From NCBI GenBank assembly GCA_045613525.1, contig JAZLBE010000038.1, positions 22,975 to 86,974 of the forward strand: DNA of 64,000 bases, read 5' to 3'. The notes under the pieces were generated by a model that had not been told where the DNA came from, made no database searches, and saw only the letters and a program-made list of their open reading frames with translations. Source of the stretch: Paludibacteraceae bacterium (GTDB lineage Bacteria; Bacteroidota; Bacteroidia; Bacteroidales; Paludibacteraceae). Of the stretch, positions 49,107 to 59,093 are shown one piece after another; position 1 is the stretch's first letter, and the number at the start of each line of letters is the position of its first letter. A program made the translations under genes and the position numbers.

Positions 49107-51107
49107 TTACTGAAATCTTGAGATTAAGTTGTATGCTTGGTATATACCTGCCTCTCCAGCTTTGCTCAAATCAGCAAGTCCTTTTTCTATTTCGTTGATA
49201 AAGATATAGGTCAGTCCTCTGTTGAAGTAGGCCTCTGCAAAATCTCCGTCTACACTGATCGCTTGTGTGTAATAGGATATTGCTGCACGGAAGTCCTGCT
49301 GTATACACAACATGTTCGCCTTATTATAGTAGGCAAAGGAGAAGTCGCTTTGTTTGCTGATGACGTAGTCATAGTCGCGCAACATCAACTCAAAATCTGC
49401 ACTCTCTGTTGTTTCGCCCATCGCACGTTTATACTCGATGAGCTTATATCGCCAGTTCGCACGACAGAAATATGCAAAGTATAACTCACCATCTATCAGA
49501 GTCGCTCTAGTGATATCATCTATGGCGGACGAATAGTCTTGTACCAATGCAAACTCCATGGCGCGTGCTAGATATGCCGCACACAGTTCTTGACTATATG
49601 CCGATGTGTATCCTATGCTTTGCTCTAGTCTATCTATTTGTGCTGAGATAGCGCTGATCTGTGTAAAGTGTTGATCGACCATTTCTGCCGTCAGTGTCAA
49701 CTCCTGTGTCGTAAATCGCAATGGTGCTGGCAACTTCTTTAGGTTGTTATACGCATCTACACTTGCCAATGTGTAATTGGTTTGTCTTAGCGTCGTTGCA
49801 TTGTTTTGAGTCGCGTAATATGACAGCAGGATGTTAGGCTCGTTCACCACGTCCGTGTGATGCTTTTGGACTGCACCTCGTGTATCGCTGTCGTACTTGT
49901 TTTCTTCCTCGCTCGCTTCTTGATTTTGTGCTGCCAGGGTTGAGAACTCTTTGCGTCGATCACGTTGTTGGGGTTGCGATGCGGCCAGCTGCATCGATGT
50001 TTGCAGCGATTGAATACTATCTTTCTTTTGCTCTAGTTCATATGCCTGTTGGCGCAATTGATAGGCCGCTTTGTTTTCTCCGAGCGATGTCTTTGCTTGT
50101 GCTGCCAGATAATAGGCAGGCAAGAAGTATGGATACTGCTGCATGATTCTCTCAAAATCATTCAGCGCTTCTCTCCATTGACGCAATTGCAACTGAACCA
50201 TGCCACGTTGATATATGGCTTCTATATGGCCAGGATCGATCTCCAATACTTGATCAAAGTCTTCTAAGGCTCGGTTGTAGTCTCCTAACTCTTGGCGTAG
50301 TACACCTCTGTTGTAGTAGCATTGCACATCTTTTGGAGACAGACTGATAGCCTTATCATAGTCTGCCAACGCACTGCGATAGTTATGACGTTTGTAGTAT
50401 ATGATGCCTCGGTTGATGTAGTCTCCCGCCCATGTACTGCCTTGGGTGATCGAGCGTGTCAATGACTCCAGTGCATTATCTTGGTCGTTGGACATCAGCT
50501 GGACTAATCCTAGTGCAGACCAGTTAGATGGATTTTGCGAGTCATATTCCGTGGCTTTCTCAAAAGAACTCAACGCACAAACCGTATCATTGTTGCGCAG
50601 ACATATCGTACCCTTTTCAAAGTGCAACGATGCGGACTGTGGGTCGCGGTATAACAGATGATTGATATCCTCCAAGGCTAGATCAAACTGTTTGCGCTCT
50701 GCACGAACGTCAGCACGCATAGCGATATAGGTACGGTTCTCTGGCGCAAAGATCAGAGCTTCTGTAAAGTCCTTTTCCGCTTTTTCCAACTGATCCGTCC
50801 GTCTGTACACATAACCTCTCGTGTAATATGCACCAGGCTGAAATGGATTGCGCTCTATCGCTGCATTACAGTCTTGTTCTGCCCCGGTGTAGTCTCCCAA
50901 CTGGATTTTTGCCATAGCTCGTAGCAGATATGGCTCACTCAGATAGGGTTTTAGTTTGATGACTTGATTGAAGTATTGGATACTCAGTACATAGTCGTCA
51001 AAGTACAACGCATTCCTACCAATCGCTGTGATGCGATCGGTGTTGAGCTGTGCCATACTGACTGTACCAATACAGCTCAATAGGAATATGTACAACAGTC
51101 GTTTCAA
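49107..51107 (-). CDS. Tetratricopeptide-repeat protein (exported)
   Basis: It has a signal peptide and many TPR-like units (AxxDxxxAIxLxPxxxxAYxNRG). Confidence 0.8.
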   Translation of the reverse strand: MKRLLYIFLLSCIGTVSMAQLNTDRITAIGRNALYFDDYVLSIQYFNQVIKLKPYLSEPYLLRAMAKIQLGDYTGAEQDCNAAIERNPFQPGAYYTRGYVYRRTDQLEKAEKDFTEALIFAPENRTYIAMRADVRAERKQFDLALEDINHLLYRDPQSASLHFEKGTICLRNNDTVCALSSFEKATEYDSQNPSNWSALGLVQLMSNDQDNALESLTRSITQGSTWAGDYINRGIIYYKRHNYRSALADYDKAISLSPKDVQCYYNRGVLRQELGDYNRALEDFDQVLEIDPGHIEAIYQRGMVQLQLRQWREALNDFERIMQQYPYFLPAYYLAAQAKTSLGENKAAYQLRQQAYELEQKKDSIQSLQTSMQLAASQPQQRDRRKEFSTLAAQNQEASEEENKYDSDTRGAVQKHHTDVVNEPNILLSYYATQNNATTLRQTNYTLASVDAYNNLKKLPAPLRFTTQELTLTAEMVDQHFTQISAISAQIDRLEQSIGYTSAYSQELCAAYLARAMEFALVQDYSSAIDDITRATLIDGELYFAYFCRANWRYKLIEYKRAMGETTESADFELMLRDYDYVISKQSDFSFAYYNKANMLCIQQDFRAAISYYTQAISVDGDFAEAYFNRGLTYIFINEIEKGLADLSKAGEAGIYQAYNLISRFQ

Positions 51108-51110
51108 TGC

Positions 51111-54100
51111 TTATCTACAACCTTGATTTGGATTAAACCATCTTGGCACATCAAACCTCTCTCGTTTGTCATAGCACAACTCGTCGTCTGCATATACTTT
51201 TTGCATATAGATAGCCCAAATAGGCAATGCTGTGCTTGCTCCTTGTCCTATTGCCATGTTGTCAAAGTGGATCGAACGATCCTCTCCACCTACCCATACG
51301 CTCGTCACTAGCGATGGGGTAAATCCGATGAACCAACCATCCGAGTGATTTTGCGATGTACCTGTCTTGCCACCCATTTGTCCTTTCAGTCCATAGCGAC
51401 TTCTAGCGCGAGCACCTGTTCCGCTGCTCATTACATTGCGCAGCATGTATAGCATCTTGTAGGTGGTCAATTCACTCAGAACCTCATGCTTTTTAGGTGA
51501 GAAGGTGGCTATCGTATTTCCGTTGATGTCTTCTATTCGGGTGACATACATAGGGTCTATACGCACTCCCTTGTTAGCAAATGCGGTATATGCGTTGGCC
51601 ATCTCTTGTACACTTACTTCACATGGACCTAGACATAGACTGACAACCGCTGGTATGTTACCCGATATACCGAACTTACGCATGATTCTAACCATTTGAT
51701 GTGGGCTGAATAGAGACATCATGTATGCGGTTACCCAGTTACTTGATTGCGATAGTCCCCAGTTGATAGTCACCATCTCTCCTTTGTTCTTGGTGTGACC
51801 ATCTCGTGGTGTCCATGGCTTACCTTTGCTGTCCAGCAGGGTTATCTCGTCGTGCAATACACTGTCGCATGGCCAGAAGCCTTCGTTCATTGCCAGTGAG
51901 TATAGGAATGGCTTGATGGTTGAACCTACCTGACGACGACCGGTGTTAACCATGTCGTATTGGAAGTGCTCAAAGTTTGGACCTCCTACATATGCTTTGA
52001 CTGCGCCATTCTTAGGATCCATTGACACAAAACCACAACGCAAGAAGTACTTGGTCCATTTGATGGAATCCATCGGAGTCATCACTGTATCTATATCACC
52101 CTTGTAGGAGAATACACTCATCTTTACAGGGGTGTTGAATACTTTCAATATTTGTTCCTCATCCAGTCCTTCACGCTTCAATGCACGATATCTATCTGTC
52201 TGACGCATCGTACGAGTCATGATGGCTTCTCGGTCGCGTTTAGACAACTTGCGTGAGAATGGAGCATAACTCTTTCTGCGTTTCTCGCGGAAGAATCTGC
52301 GTTGTAGATATTGCATGTGTTCGTTTACAGATTCCTCTGCATACTTCTGCATGTGCGAATCGATGGTGGTGTAGATACGTAGTCCGTCTTGATAGAGGTT
52401 GTATGGTGTACCATCGTGCTTAAAGTTCTTATTACACCAACCGTATAGTGGGTTCTCCTCCCATTGGCGTTTGTCTAGTTCGTATTGCTGCTTGTTCCAT
52501 TCTGGATAGTTGCTCTTCTTAGGCTCTTTGGCGGTCATTATACGACGGATGTACTCTCTAAAGTATGGAGCTATGCCTTGCTTGTGATCTACTGGTTGGT
52601 AATCCAGTTTTACAGGCAATGCCTTCAGCGAATCACATGTTTGTGCATCAATATAGTTGTACTTGCACATTTGGTCAAATACCACATTACGACGATTCAG
52701 TGCTTGCTCTGGACGACGCATTGGGTTGTATAGCGAAGGATTCTTACACATACCCACCAACATAGCACTCTCTTCCATACTCAGTTGGTCTGGAGTGGTG
52801 TTGAAGTATACGTGAGCTGCGGACTTAATACCTACGGCGTTGTACAAGAAGTCAAACTGATTGAGGTACATGGTCAGTATCTCTTCCTTGGAATACAATC
52901 GCTCTAGTTTGGTGGCAATCACCCACTCAATAGGTTTTTGCATAGCTCGCTCAAACACATTGCTTGCGCGTGGAGACCACAACTGCTTAGCCAGCTGTTG
53001 GGTAATCGTACTACCACCACCTGCTTTACCCATTTTAGCTACTGCACGTGCTAGCGACTTGTAGTCTATACCCGAGTGACCAAAGTATCGAGCATCTTCG
53101 GTTGCTATCAACGCATCTAACAAGAATGGAGAGATGTCTGTGTAGTGAACACTCACACGGTTATAACGATAGTAACGACCTATCTGTTTGTGATCTGCTG
53201 TAAAGATCTCCGACGCCAACATACTCTTTGGGTTCTGCAACTCGTCCAGTGGTGGCAAATAGCCTATCCATCCCTTGGTTGTCATCCAGAATAGTGCGAC
53301 GATCGATATTATTCCCGCGAAGAATAGTCCCCAGAAAATAAGCAAGAATTTCTTGATAAAACTATTTTTCTTTGGTGCTACTGCGGCCTCTGTTTTTACT
53401 TCGGCTTTCTCTTCTACCTTTTCATTTTCAACAGTTGCTACGGCTTCTTCTTTTACCGCTGCTTTCTTGGCTGTTTTCTTCTTTTTGGTTGTTTTTTCTT
53501 CGCTAGCAACTTCCTCTACAGGGGGCTCCTCTTTGGTTTTCTTAGCTTTTGTTTTGCGCTTAACATCCTTTGTAGCTACCTCTTTCTCTTCCACCTTTAC
53601 TTCTGCTGGTTTCTCCTCTACCACTGGTTCTACAACAGCTGGTTCCTCTACTTTCTTCTTTGCCGCAGTTTTGCTTCTGGTCGTTTTCTTGACAGCAGGC
53701 ACCACCTCTTCCTCTTTCTTCTCTGTGGTTTTCTTGGCAGCAGCTTTCTTTGCAACCACTTTCTTAGCTACCTTCTCTTCCACAGGCTTTTCCTCTACTA
53801 CTGGCTTTACGACAGGTTTCTCCTCCACCTTTTTCTTGGCGGTTGTTTTCTTCGCCGTTGTTTTCTTGGCAGCAGGCACTACCTCTTCTTCTTTCTTCTC
53901 CGCAGTTTTCTTGGCAGTTGCTTTTTTTGCAACCACTTTCTTAGCTACCTTCTCCTCCGCTGGTTTCTCCTCTACTTTTTTCTTGGTGGTTGTTTTTTTT
54001 GCGGTTTTCTTCGCAGCAGGAACCTCCACCTCGACCTTATTGGTCTCTGGTGCTTCTACTTTTTTTGCTGCCGCTTTTTTTGCGGTAGTTTTCTTGGGTG

Positions 54101-54242
54101 TAGCAGGGGTAGTAACTATAGTCTCATTCTCAACTACTTTCTCTTCTGTTGCTTGCTTACTACTGGTTTTCTTGGCAACAGTTTTCTTAGGAGTTGCTTT
54201 CTTAGCAGTCTTTTTTTCTGCTTTTGGTTCTTTTGGTTGCAT
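51111..54242 (-). CDS. Class A penicillin-binding protein (glycosyltransferase + transpeptidase) with a long N-terminal Lys/Ala/Glu-rich extension
   Basis: GT51 motifs (EDARYFGHSGID, GGSTITQQLAK) and transpeptidase motifs (STIKP, KTGT) are present. A single TM helix sits near residue 300. Residues 1-297 or so are low complexity with tandem repeats. Confidence 0.9.
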   Translation of the reverse strand: MQPKEPKAEKKTAKKATPKKTVAKKTSSKQATEEKVVENETIVTTPATPKKTTAKKAAAKKVEAPETNKVEVEVPAAKKTAKKTTTKKKVEEKPAEEKVAKKVVAKKATAKKTAEKKEEEVVPAAKKTTAKKTTAKKKVEEKPVVKPVVEEKPVEEKVAKKVVAKKAAAKKTTEKKEEEVVPAVKKTTRSKTAAKKKVEEPAVVEPVVEEKPAEVKVEEKEVATKDVKRKTKAKKTKEEPPVEEVASEEKTTKKKKTAKKAAVKEEAVATVENEKVEEKAEVKTEAAVAPKKNSFIKKFLLIFWGLFFAGIISIVALFWMTTKGWIGYLPPLDELQNPKSMLASEIFTADHKQIGRYYRYNRVSVHYTDISPFLLDALIATEDARYFGHSGIDYKSLARAVAKMGKAGGGSTITQQLAKQLWSPRASNVFERAMQKPIEWVIATKLERLYSKEEILTMYLNQFDFLYNAVGIKSAAHVYFNTTPDQLSMEESAMLVGMCKNPSLYNPMRRPEQALNRRNVVFDQMCKYNYIDAQTCDSLKALPVKLDYQPVDHKQGIAPYFREYIRRIMTAKEPKKSNYPEWNKQQYELDKRQWEENPLYGWCNKNFKHDGTPYNLYQDGLRIYTTIDSHMQKYAEESVNEHMQYLQRRFFREKRRKSYAPFSRKLSKRDREAIMTRTMRQTDRYRALKREGLDEEQILKVFNTPVKMSVFSYKGDIDTVMTPMDSIKWTKYFLRCGFVSMDPKNGAVKAYVGGPNFEHFQYDMVNTGRRQVGSTIKPFLYSLAMNEGFWPCDSVLHDEITLLDSKGKPWTPRDGHTKNKGEMVTINWGLSQSSNWVTAYMMSLFSPHQMVRIMRKFGISGNIPAVVSLCLGPCEVSVQEMANAYTAFANKGVRIDPMYVTRIEDINGNTIATFSPKKHEVLSELTTYKMLYMLRNVMSSGTGARARSRYGLKGQMGGKTGTSQNHSDGWFIGFTPSLVTSVWVGGEDRSIHFDNMAIGQGASTALPIWAIYMQKVYADDELCYDKRERFDVPRWFNPNQGCR

Positions 54243-54287
54243 ATGAAAGAGTGTTAGTTTGTCCTTATAGTTCGTCTTTTTTTAGGA

Positions 54288-56090
54288 TTATAGCGCTTTA
54301 CATTTTTCTTTTAGCCATGCGGCTTCTTTCTCTGTCAGATGTGGAGCAACTTCGGCGTATACCCACTCGTGGTATGTGTTGATCCATGCTATCTCTTGTG
54401 CTGTCATACGACGCATGTCTATCATGCGTGTGTCGTAGTAGCATATTGTCAGAGTCTCAAACTCGTAGAAGGTCTCACCTGTGGCATGTGCACCCAAGTT
54501 CTTCGCCTCACGCACGGCTATCAGGTTCTCTATTCGTATACCATACTCGTTAGCACGATACAGACCTGGTTCGTCTGAGCAGATGTTACCCAGTTGCAGC
54601 GGATTGGTGTTGTTGTCAGTGCGTATGTTTTGTGGACCTTCGTGACAGCCCATAAAGTGTCCTACGCCGTGGCCTGTACCATGGCCGTAAGTCATTCCCT
54701 CTGACCATAGGAATTGGCGTGCCAACACATCCAACTGATTACCGCGTGTGCCCTTAGGGAAGCGTGCGTTGGCCAGTGCAATATGTCCTTTGAGTACGGC
54801 GGTATAATCACGCTTAACGGCATCTGTAATCAGCGCCTCGTCGCCGATCCACACGGTGCGTGTGATGTCTGTTGTACCATCCAGGTACTGACCACCCGAA
54901 TCCAATAGCAATACACCATCACCTACGATATCTGCGCATGCGTCTGCTTCTGCGTGGTAGTGTACAATGGCACCATTACCCTTCCATCCTGCGATGGTGC
55001 AGAAACTGTCATCGGTATAGTTCGCACCCATAGCGCGCAACTCGCCTAGTTTCTTGGCCAAGGTTATCTCTGTTTGAGGTGTCTGTAGTGCTTCCGTCTC
55101 TAGCCAGTAGAAGAAACGAGTCAGTGCTACCGCATCTTTGCGCATTGCTATACGCTCGCCTTCCAACTCTACATCGTTCTTGATGCTCTGCATCTTCAAT
55201 ACTGGACTTGGGCTGACGTTCACACGTTTTACTTGCTCATTGATGGCCTCATAGAGTGCCTCATTGACTTTGCCGCCGTCGTACATGATGCTACCTACTT
55301 GCAGTTGTTGTAGGTATGCAAATACTTGGTCGTAGTCTTCTATGCATACACCTATTCTCTCTAGGTAGGCATGTGCTGCGTCGTCTAGTTTATTTGGTGC
55401 TACAAACAATGTGCATTTGTCCATTTCTACAACCACATAACTTATCAAGCATGGGGTATAATCCACATCCTTACCGCGGATATTGAGCAACCATCCTATC
55501 TCATCCAGAGCACTCACAACTAGTGCTTCGCAGCGTTTATCTTTCATCGCTTGACGCACGCGCGCTAGCTTGCTCTCTACGCTTTCGCCCGCATATGTCT
55601 CGCTGTACTCGTAGAGTAGCGAGGTTGGTATAGCAGGACGCCCCTCTGTCCATAGTGGAGAGATCAGGTCGATGGACACTATACTTAGTCCACCTTCTTC
55701 TAGTTCGGCTTTCAATGCACGATAACCATTCACGCTGTACATCTCTGCATTGACTGCCACCCTAGGTGCTGATGCAGGCGATAGGTGTGCCACGAGCCAC
55801 TCTGTGATACTTGGACAGTCTACATCGCTTTCGCGCATGAGCTCTACCGTTGTACCTTGTAGCTCCGCTTCGGCTTGCAGATAGTAGCGACTATCTGTCC
55901 ACAGTAGAGCTTGGTCTAGGGTGATAACAGCTGTTCCTGTTTCTCCTAGGAAACCTGTAATCCAGCTCATCTCAGTCCAGTGTGGAGCCATGTACTCACT
56001 TGCATGTGGATCTGTTCCAGGAACAATACATGCGGTAATCTTATGTTCTTGCATCAGCGCTCGTAGCGCCGCTAGTCTCTCTTTAATCAT
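54288..56090 (-). CDS. Xaa-Pro aminopeptidase (M24B, aminopeptidase P family)
   Basis: Creatinase-like N-terminal domains are followed by M24 metal ligand motifs (HGTGHGVG, EPGLY, IENL). Confidence 0.88.
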   Translation of the reverse strand: MIKERLAALRALMQEHKITACIVPGTDPHASEYMAPHWTEMSWITGFLGETGTAVITLDQALLWTDSRYYLQAEAELQGTTVELMRESDVDCPSITEWLVAHLSPASAPRVAVNAEMYSVNGYRALKAELEEGGLSIVSIDLISPLWTEGRPAIPTSLLYEYSETYAGESVESKLARVRQAMKDKRCEALVVSALDEIGWLLNIRGKDVDYTPCLISYVVVEMDKCTLFVAPNKLDDAAHAYLERIGVCIEDYDQVFAYLQQLQVGSIMYDGGKVNEALYEAINEQVKRVNVSPSPVLKMQSIKNDVELEGERIAMRKDAVALTRFFYWLETEALQTPQTEITLAKKLGELRAMGANYTDDSFCTIAGWKGNGAIVHYHAEADACADIVGDGVLLLDSGGQYLDGTTDITRTVWIGDEALITDAVKRDYTAVLKGHIALANARFPKGTRGNQLDVLARQFLWSEGMTYGHGTGHGVGHFMGCHEGPQNIRTDNNTNPLQLGNICSDEPGLYRANEYGIRIENLIAVREAKNLGAHATGETFYEFETLTICYYDTRMIDMRRMTAQEIAWINTYHEWVYAEVAPHLTEKEAAWLKEKCKAL

Positions 56091-56147
56091 ACTTTCTTAC
56101 CTTTTGTCTTTAACCTTTCACCTCTCGCCTTTAACCTTAATCCGCAA

Positions 56148-57014
56148 TCAACGCATAGCTTTGAAGGACATATCTAGACTCTTCACAGAGTGGGTTAGTG
56201 CACCTACACTAACAAAGTCTACACCTGTCACTGCATAGTCATGCAAGGTGTCTATCGTGATGCCACCGCTAGATTCTATCTCAATATGTTTGCCATTCTC
56301 TTTCTCCCAGTTGCGGATAATCTCTACTGCACCCTTAGTGCGCTCTGGATTAAAGTTGTCTAGCATGATACGATCTGGGATGTTTGTAGCTAGTGCTTCG
56401 CGAATCTCATCCTCATTGCGTGTCTCAATCTCAATGCGCAAGTCTTTGCCCTTCTCCTCGCAATATGTTTTTGCACGAGTCAATGCGGCTGTGATGCCAC
56501 CTGCAAAATCCACATGGTTGTCCTTTAGTAGGATCATGTCGAAGAGTCCAATGCGGTGGTTCATACCGCCACCAATCAGTACGGCCTCTTTCTCTAGGTA
56601 GCGCAATCCAGGAGTCGTCTTGCGTGTGTCTAGAACATGGCAGTTGGTGTCTGCTATGAGACTTTGATAGCGATGTGCGGTGGTTGCCACACCAGACATA
56701 CGTTGCATGATATTGAGCATTGTGCGCTCTATCTGCAGCAGACTGAGCTCCTTGCCGTATACGCGGAAGGCTATGTCGCCTGGCTTAACGTGAGCACCAT
56801 CTTCTAGCAGTTGCTCTACGCGGCATTCTGGATCAAAGTATGCTATGATCTCTTTCGCAACCTCAATACCAGCTATGATGCCTTCTTTTTTTACGATTAG
56901 TTGTTGACAACCCATCTCGGTCTCAGGGATGCAACTGAGTGATGTATGATCACCATCGCGAATATCTTCTTCAAACCAGATGGCAATAAGTTTTTGTAGT
57001 TCTTTTGTATTCAT
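56148..57014 (-). CDS. nadC: Nicotinate-nucleotide diphosphorylase (carboxylating)
   Basis: Quinolinate PRTase motifs (LDTRKTTPGLR, LKDNH, MLDNF) are present. Confidence 0.93.
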   Translation of the reverse strand: MNTKELQKLIAIWFEEDIRDGDHTSLSCIPETEMGCQQLIVKKEGIIAGIEVAKEIIAYFDPECRVEQLLEDGAHVKPGDIAFRVYGKELSLLQIERTMLNIMQRMSGVATTAHRYQSLIADTNCHVLDTRKTTPGLRYLEKEAVLIGGGMNHRIGLFDMILLKDNHVDFAGGITAALTRAKTYCEEKGKDLRIEIETRNEDEIREALATNIPDRIMLDNFNPERTKGAVEIIRNWEKENGKHIEIESSGGITIDTLHDYAVTGVDFVSVGALTHSVKSLDMSFKAMR

Positions 57015-57070
57015 ATTTTTGTTTATTTAATTTTCGTTATTTATCCCATAGCCGATCGCCCATTGCCGCT

Positions 57071-57517
57071 CTATCCTAAGATCTGTGCAGCGTGATTTTT
57101 GGTGTCAACTTTCTCAATCACATCTACCACTACTCCTTGCTCGTCAAAGATGAAGGTCTTACGCAAGGTTCCTATACATGTCTTACCGCACATCTTTTTC
57201 TCGCCCCATGCACCAAAAGCTTGCAGCATCTCTGTGCTAGGATCGGACAGTAGTGGGAATGGTAGTTGGTTTTTCGCTATGAAGTTCTGATGCGACTTTT
57301 GACTATCTTTGCTCACACCCAGTACTTGATAACCTTCTGCTAGCAGTCTCTCGTAGTTATCGCGTATGTTACATGCCTCCGCGGTGCAACCTGGAGTACT
57401 ATCTTTTGGATAAAAATAAATGACAGTTTTCTTACCCAACAACTGTTGGTCTGTTACGGTGTTTCCGTTTTGATCTACCACGCTGAATGCGGGCATCTTG
57501 TTTCCAATAACTAACAT
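57071..57517 (-). CDS. bcp: Thioredoxin-dependent thiol peroxidase (Bcp-type peroxiredoxin)
   Basis: The peroxidatic Cys context is YFYPKDSTPGCTAEAC. I place the start at MLVIGNKMPAF..., downstream of the promoter box. Confidence 0.9.
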   Translation of the reverse strand: MLVIGNKMPAFSVVDQNGNTVTDQQLLGKKTVIYFYPKDSTPGCTAEACNIRDNYERLLAEGYQVLGVSKDSQKSHQNFIAKNQLPFPLLSDPSTEMLQAFGAWGEKKMCGKTCIGTLRKTFIFDEQGVVVDVIEKVDTKNHAAQILG

Positions 57518-57545
57518 AGTCTTTGCGCTTTTCTGTATTACCGCG

Positions 57546-57553
57546 CAAAGATA
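57546..57553 (-). promoter_or_regulatory. -7 promoter box (TATCTTTG) for bcp
   Basis: It matches TAnnTTTG on the minus strand, 29 nt upstream of the ATG at 57517. Confidence 0.55.
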
Positions 57554-57573
57554 CAACTTTTTTTTGATATATA

Positions 57574-57603
57574 CAAAAAAAATGAGCGAAAACGCTCATT
57601 TTC
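57574..57603 (-). terminator. Intrinsic terminator after the beta-helix lipoprotein gene
   Basis: The stem ATGAGCG / CGCTCAT with a 4-nt loop is flanked by A8 on the plus strand, which reads as a T run on the minus strand. Confidence 0.7.
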
Positions 57604-57626
57604 TTTCTCTCAACTCTCTACTCATC

Positions 57627-59093
57627 CTATTCCTCCCATTCGTAGCATCCCGCATCTGGGCGTGCCTTGCGTACGCGACCAACTCGGTCAATAGGGTAGG
57701 ATAGTGCCACAATGCTGTCACCTATACCACGCGCAGGAGACAATGTGTCGAGTCTAAAATCGTAGTAATGATAATTTTTTGACAGGTAGTAGATGTTGCG
57801 GAAGAGCATCGAGTCTGCCTCAGTGGCATATACGTTGTTCTCTGCATAGGCTATTGGCAGCGAGTCCGCACGCAGGTAGTTACCTGTGAAATGTCCAGGA
57901 TAGTTGTCGGGGAGTGGAGTCGCAACCACTAGGTTGTTCGCTCTTCCGCCTGTGATGATGCAGTTGCTAAACGAACTATTGGTCTTGGCATACTGCTTAC
58001 TCAGGTTGTTGATATATACCGCCGCCACATCCTCCGCAAATAGATTGCTGTGGATGTTCAAGTTCGTATATGGAATGCCATAGTATGCGGCGATAGTGTT
58101 GTGCACAAAATGATGCTCACCACCTGCTAGGTACACACAGTAGGATGCACAGTTGCTTATCTCACAATTGCTGACTTCGGCGTCTATATTTTGCAGGATA
58201 AGACCGTAGATAGAGTGGTTGTGTATTCTGCTGTTTTTCAGTGATATATGTGGCAGTATGTCCGTATTCTCAGAGTATGCGTATAGTCCTATACAACCAG
58301 ATAATATGTCTACATAATCCAGCGTGTATGTTGGTACATTTCCTTCGCCGGTGTATATTAGATACAGGCCGTCCCATTGCCCAGATGCCATGCGGTATGG
58401 TACCGAGTCAAATAGCCTGTCTGTCCTGTCTCCACGCAACACGATAGGCTCCTGCTGTGTGCCTATTGCTTGTACATCGCCGTAGGCATAGATAGATGCT
58501 CCTTCGTGCATGTAGATTGTTGCACCTGCTTCTATTTCCAGTGTACCAGCCACCGCCACGGTGTCATATATGACGTATGGTTTTTGGCTCGTCAGTGTCA
58601 GATTGTTATAGATTTTCAGACCAGTCTTGTCTTGTATCTTAATGATGTCTTGTCCGTAGGCTTGCAGGTTGATTTGTTGGGTATGACCATTCAACCTAAA
58701 TGCGATGTTGTCCTCTATGAGGACAGGCGAATCTTCCATCTGAGGGTCGATGTATACTTTGACAAACAAGAACAGGCTATCCTGACCTCTAACAACAATG
58801 TCGCGCAGCTTGTCCATGTCGTTCTCTCCATCCAGATTGATGTGAAAATACTTGCCATCCTGCATGCTTACTTGTTCTATCTTTATGGCATTCTTGTTCG
58901 GGTTGTATACTAGCACTCGTCTCGTAGAACTGCCCATGGCTGTAAAGACAGTGTCAAACTGCACCGTATCATGCGAAAAACTGAGCATGGCATTCGGATC
59001 GCTTGTCAAGGTACTGTCTTGACATGCTACCATGTGCAACACCACTGCTAGTATTGCACATTGCCACATTCTTATTTCTGTTAGCCACTTCAT
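57627..59093 (-). CDS. Hypothetical lipoprotein with right-handed beta-helix-like repeats
   Basis: It has a lipobox (HMVAC). The C-terminal half has repeated short beta-helix-like turns (NSRIHNHSIYGLILQNIDAEVSNCEISNCASYCVYLAGG). Its start overlaps the upstream stop (TAATG). Confidence 0.5.
   Translation of the reverse strand: MKWLTEIRMWQCAILAVVLHMVACQDSTLTSDPNAMLSFSHDTVQFDTVFTAMGSSTRRVLVYNPNKNAIKIEQVSMQDGKYFHINLDGENDMDKLRDIVVRGQDSLFLFVKVYIDPQMEDSPVLIEDNIAFRLNGHTQQINLQAYGQDIIKIQDKTGLKIYNNLTLTSQKPYVIYDTVAVAGTLEIEAGATIYMHEGASIYAYGDVQAIGTQQEPIVLRGDRTDRLFDSVPYRMASGQWDGLYLIYTGEGNVPTYTLDYVDILSGCIGLYAYSENTDILPHISLKNSRIHNHSIYGLILQNIDAEVSNCEISNCASYCVYLAGGEHHFVHNTIAAYYGIPYTNLNIHSNLFAEDVAAVYINNLSKQYAKTNSSFSNCIITGGRANNLVVATPLPDNYPGHFTGNYLRADSLPIAYAENNVYATEADSMLFRNIYYLSKNYHYYDFRLDTLSPARGIGDSIVALSYPIDRVGRVRKARPDAGCYEWEE

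Noticed and set aside
53275-54246. A 323-aa plus-strand ORF (F/S/T/A/L-rich).
   Set aside because: It lies exactly antisense to the Lys/Ala/Glu-rich repeat region of the PBP gene. Its composition mirrors that low-complexity sequence, and it has no start context, promoter or motif.
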